NCBI GenBank assembly: GCA_012295275.1
Contig: CM022674.1
Coordinates: 1,798,001 to 1,862,000, forward strand
Reading direction: 5' to 3'
Length of the DNA: 64,000 bases
Source: Chrysomallon squamiferum
Lineage: Eukaryota; Animalia; Mollusca
Shown here: in pieces, positions 60,013-64,000 of the stretch
Numbering within the stretch: the stretch's first letter is position 1
Layout of the letters: each line of letters opens with the position of its first letter
Made by a program: the position numbers and the translations under genes
Notes under the pieces: generated by a model
The model's input: only the letters and a program-made list of their open reading frames with translations
What the model was told of the DNA's origin: nothing
The model's database searches: none

Positions 60013-60830
60013 CAAAATAAAGATAAAGCAGGTTGAGAAATCCTCATCCAAAATGGTGGTGCCAGAAGTATTTTGTAATTAATATGTTAAACACATTCCC
60101 AGAAGAAACTTGTAATTAAAAAAGCTAGTTAATGTACATTAGTATAAACACAAGAAAATAAACCAGTTTTATATAGATTTATTATCATAGACATGATTAC
60201 ATAGTAAAGAATTTGTAAAATAAGCAAGTAAATGACGATAATAGTTTGATGAAAAAAAAAAATTAGTGAGAATGTTAAAAGGAAAAATCTGAGACCAGTT
60301 TGATGAGACAAAAAGTAAAAGAACTAAAAATATATTTGCTATAAAATGATAAATCATATATGATAATATAAAATGTTAGAAATTAAGGCAGTAATTCAAT
60401 GGTCAATTCATACATTAACAATAGACTGGCTACCTTGTAATACATTTTGTTATTAGTACCAATCTTTGCTAACAATAATATACAGTAAACTCTTGATGGA
60501 TACATAGATACTATTATTTCTTACTGTGATGTTATATGTTAATAGATATATATTTTTTTAAATAATTATAAGAAGAAGATAATGAAGTCTGATAAATTGG
60601 AAGTCATAATTTAAGAGATTTGCTTAGGCTAGTAGGGCTCTTTCATTCTTATTTTTAATTTTAATTTATTTTACTTTTGTAGAAGTATAGAAGTAAACAA
60701 AAATCTCCTGTACATTTGAAAATGTTGTTTAGATGTGTGCAAAGCACCATGAGTTAACCTTTAAAAAAGTTTTTTTAAAGGTATAAAACGAGCATAAAAA
60801 TATTTCAGTATATAATAGAAATATATTACA

Positions 60831-60865
<35 letters not shown>

Positions 60866-61059
60866 GTGATAAATGTTTATCTACAGAAGTACTAATTGTG
60901 AAAATCCTGCACCAACTTTATGGATGTTGTTATAATTGGAAATATTAATTCAAGTGGAAACTGAAAATGGGAAATATGATTAAAATAAAGTTACGAGTAG
61001 CACTGATTAATGATGAAGATTTAGAAAAAAAAAATGATATAGTAAATGAGGGAGAATAT

Positions 61060-61111
<52 letters not shown>

Positions 61112-61383
61112 GTGGGAACTAATATTTAATTGGAAGAAAGCGGTTGCCCCATTAATATATATAAAACATTTTTACTGTAATGCCCGTGGCGTCAGATTGT
61201 TCTTAATCGCTTACGAAGCATTTTATTTTATTTTTTTATTTTTTTATTTTTTTCAATTTGTTGTTGTCTGGTAAGAATGAAACTCATTATCATTATGGTA
61301 TATTTCTGTCAATAAATGTAATGCAGTTTTGATATAACTTTAATATTTATTAATTAATTAATTAATTTGTTTTTCTGTAAAAA

Positions 61384-63431
<2,048 letters not shown>

Positions 63432-63804
63432 CTGTAAATAAATAAAACACAAACAACTGTGCCATGTGTGATATATCTCATGTATACGATGATGGATCGA
63501 TAGACAGGAACATATAAAAACGTAAACTCATTTCCTAAGGCCTGTTTAATAACACGAAATGTTTTTTTTTTTTGCGTCTGCATCATCAATCGATTTGCGT
63601 ACCATTGATGGTATACATACGTACATTCATAATAAATAAAGCCCTCGCAATGGATATAAAATTGTAGCGCATATTCAGCTTTACTGAATGCATATTTTGT
63701 TTTCTTTTCGTTATAAAAAATAGAAAAACACAGACTCCGTTAATCGTCAAGATATTTCAGTTGTTAAATTTCAGCGGACTTTATTCGTAGAAACGATTGG
63801 ATAT

Positions 63805-63835
<31 letters not shown>

Positions 63836-64000
63836 GGGAGGGAGGAAATGCAACAAACAAACCGCACAGTAACACAACTGAATACAAAATAGATTTAAAT
63901 TATTGATTTACGTACCATTGATGGAATACATACATACATGCATATATATGTTTGTTGCTTTGTTTTGTTTGTTTGTTTGTTGTTGTTTTTTTTTTTTTTT

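Overview
AT-rich, microsatellite-dense animal genomic DNA, probably a gastropod mollusc (inferred from SINE-like fragments and gene content). I reconstructed six spliced genes by hand from GT-AG boundaries and reading phase. (1) A minus-strand secreted neuropeptide-like precursor (15179-16400) with a tandem, 5'-truncated paralogue (12193-12474). Both carry a segment resembling egg-laying hormone (ELH)/CRF. The full copy ends in a PxFV-amide-like peptide. Each copy is followed by a decayed Mutator-like element. (2) An 8-exon TRIM E3 ligase (RING, partial B-box, coiled coil, 2 FN3; 25561-34264). (3) A domesticated pogo/Tigger gene whose catalytically dead DDE core is flanked by two complete CENP-B-type DNA-binding modules (38578-41204), with a Tigger-type MITE 2.3 kb downstream. 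(4) A 12-exon class I-like GLUT/SLC2A transporter (45947-53957, minus) with a candidate alternative first exon. (5) POLR2D/RPB4, head-to-head with the GLUT gene (55941-58980). (6) The 3' part of a copine/RGLG-type vWA gene (61384-63431, minus). Three genes each need a one-base homopolymer correction, which suggests assembly indel errors. Most short ORFs in the track are microsatellite artefacts. Identities and mismatch counts were made by eye; no database searches were run.
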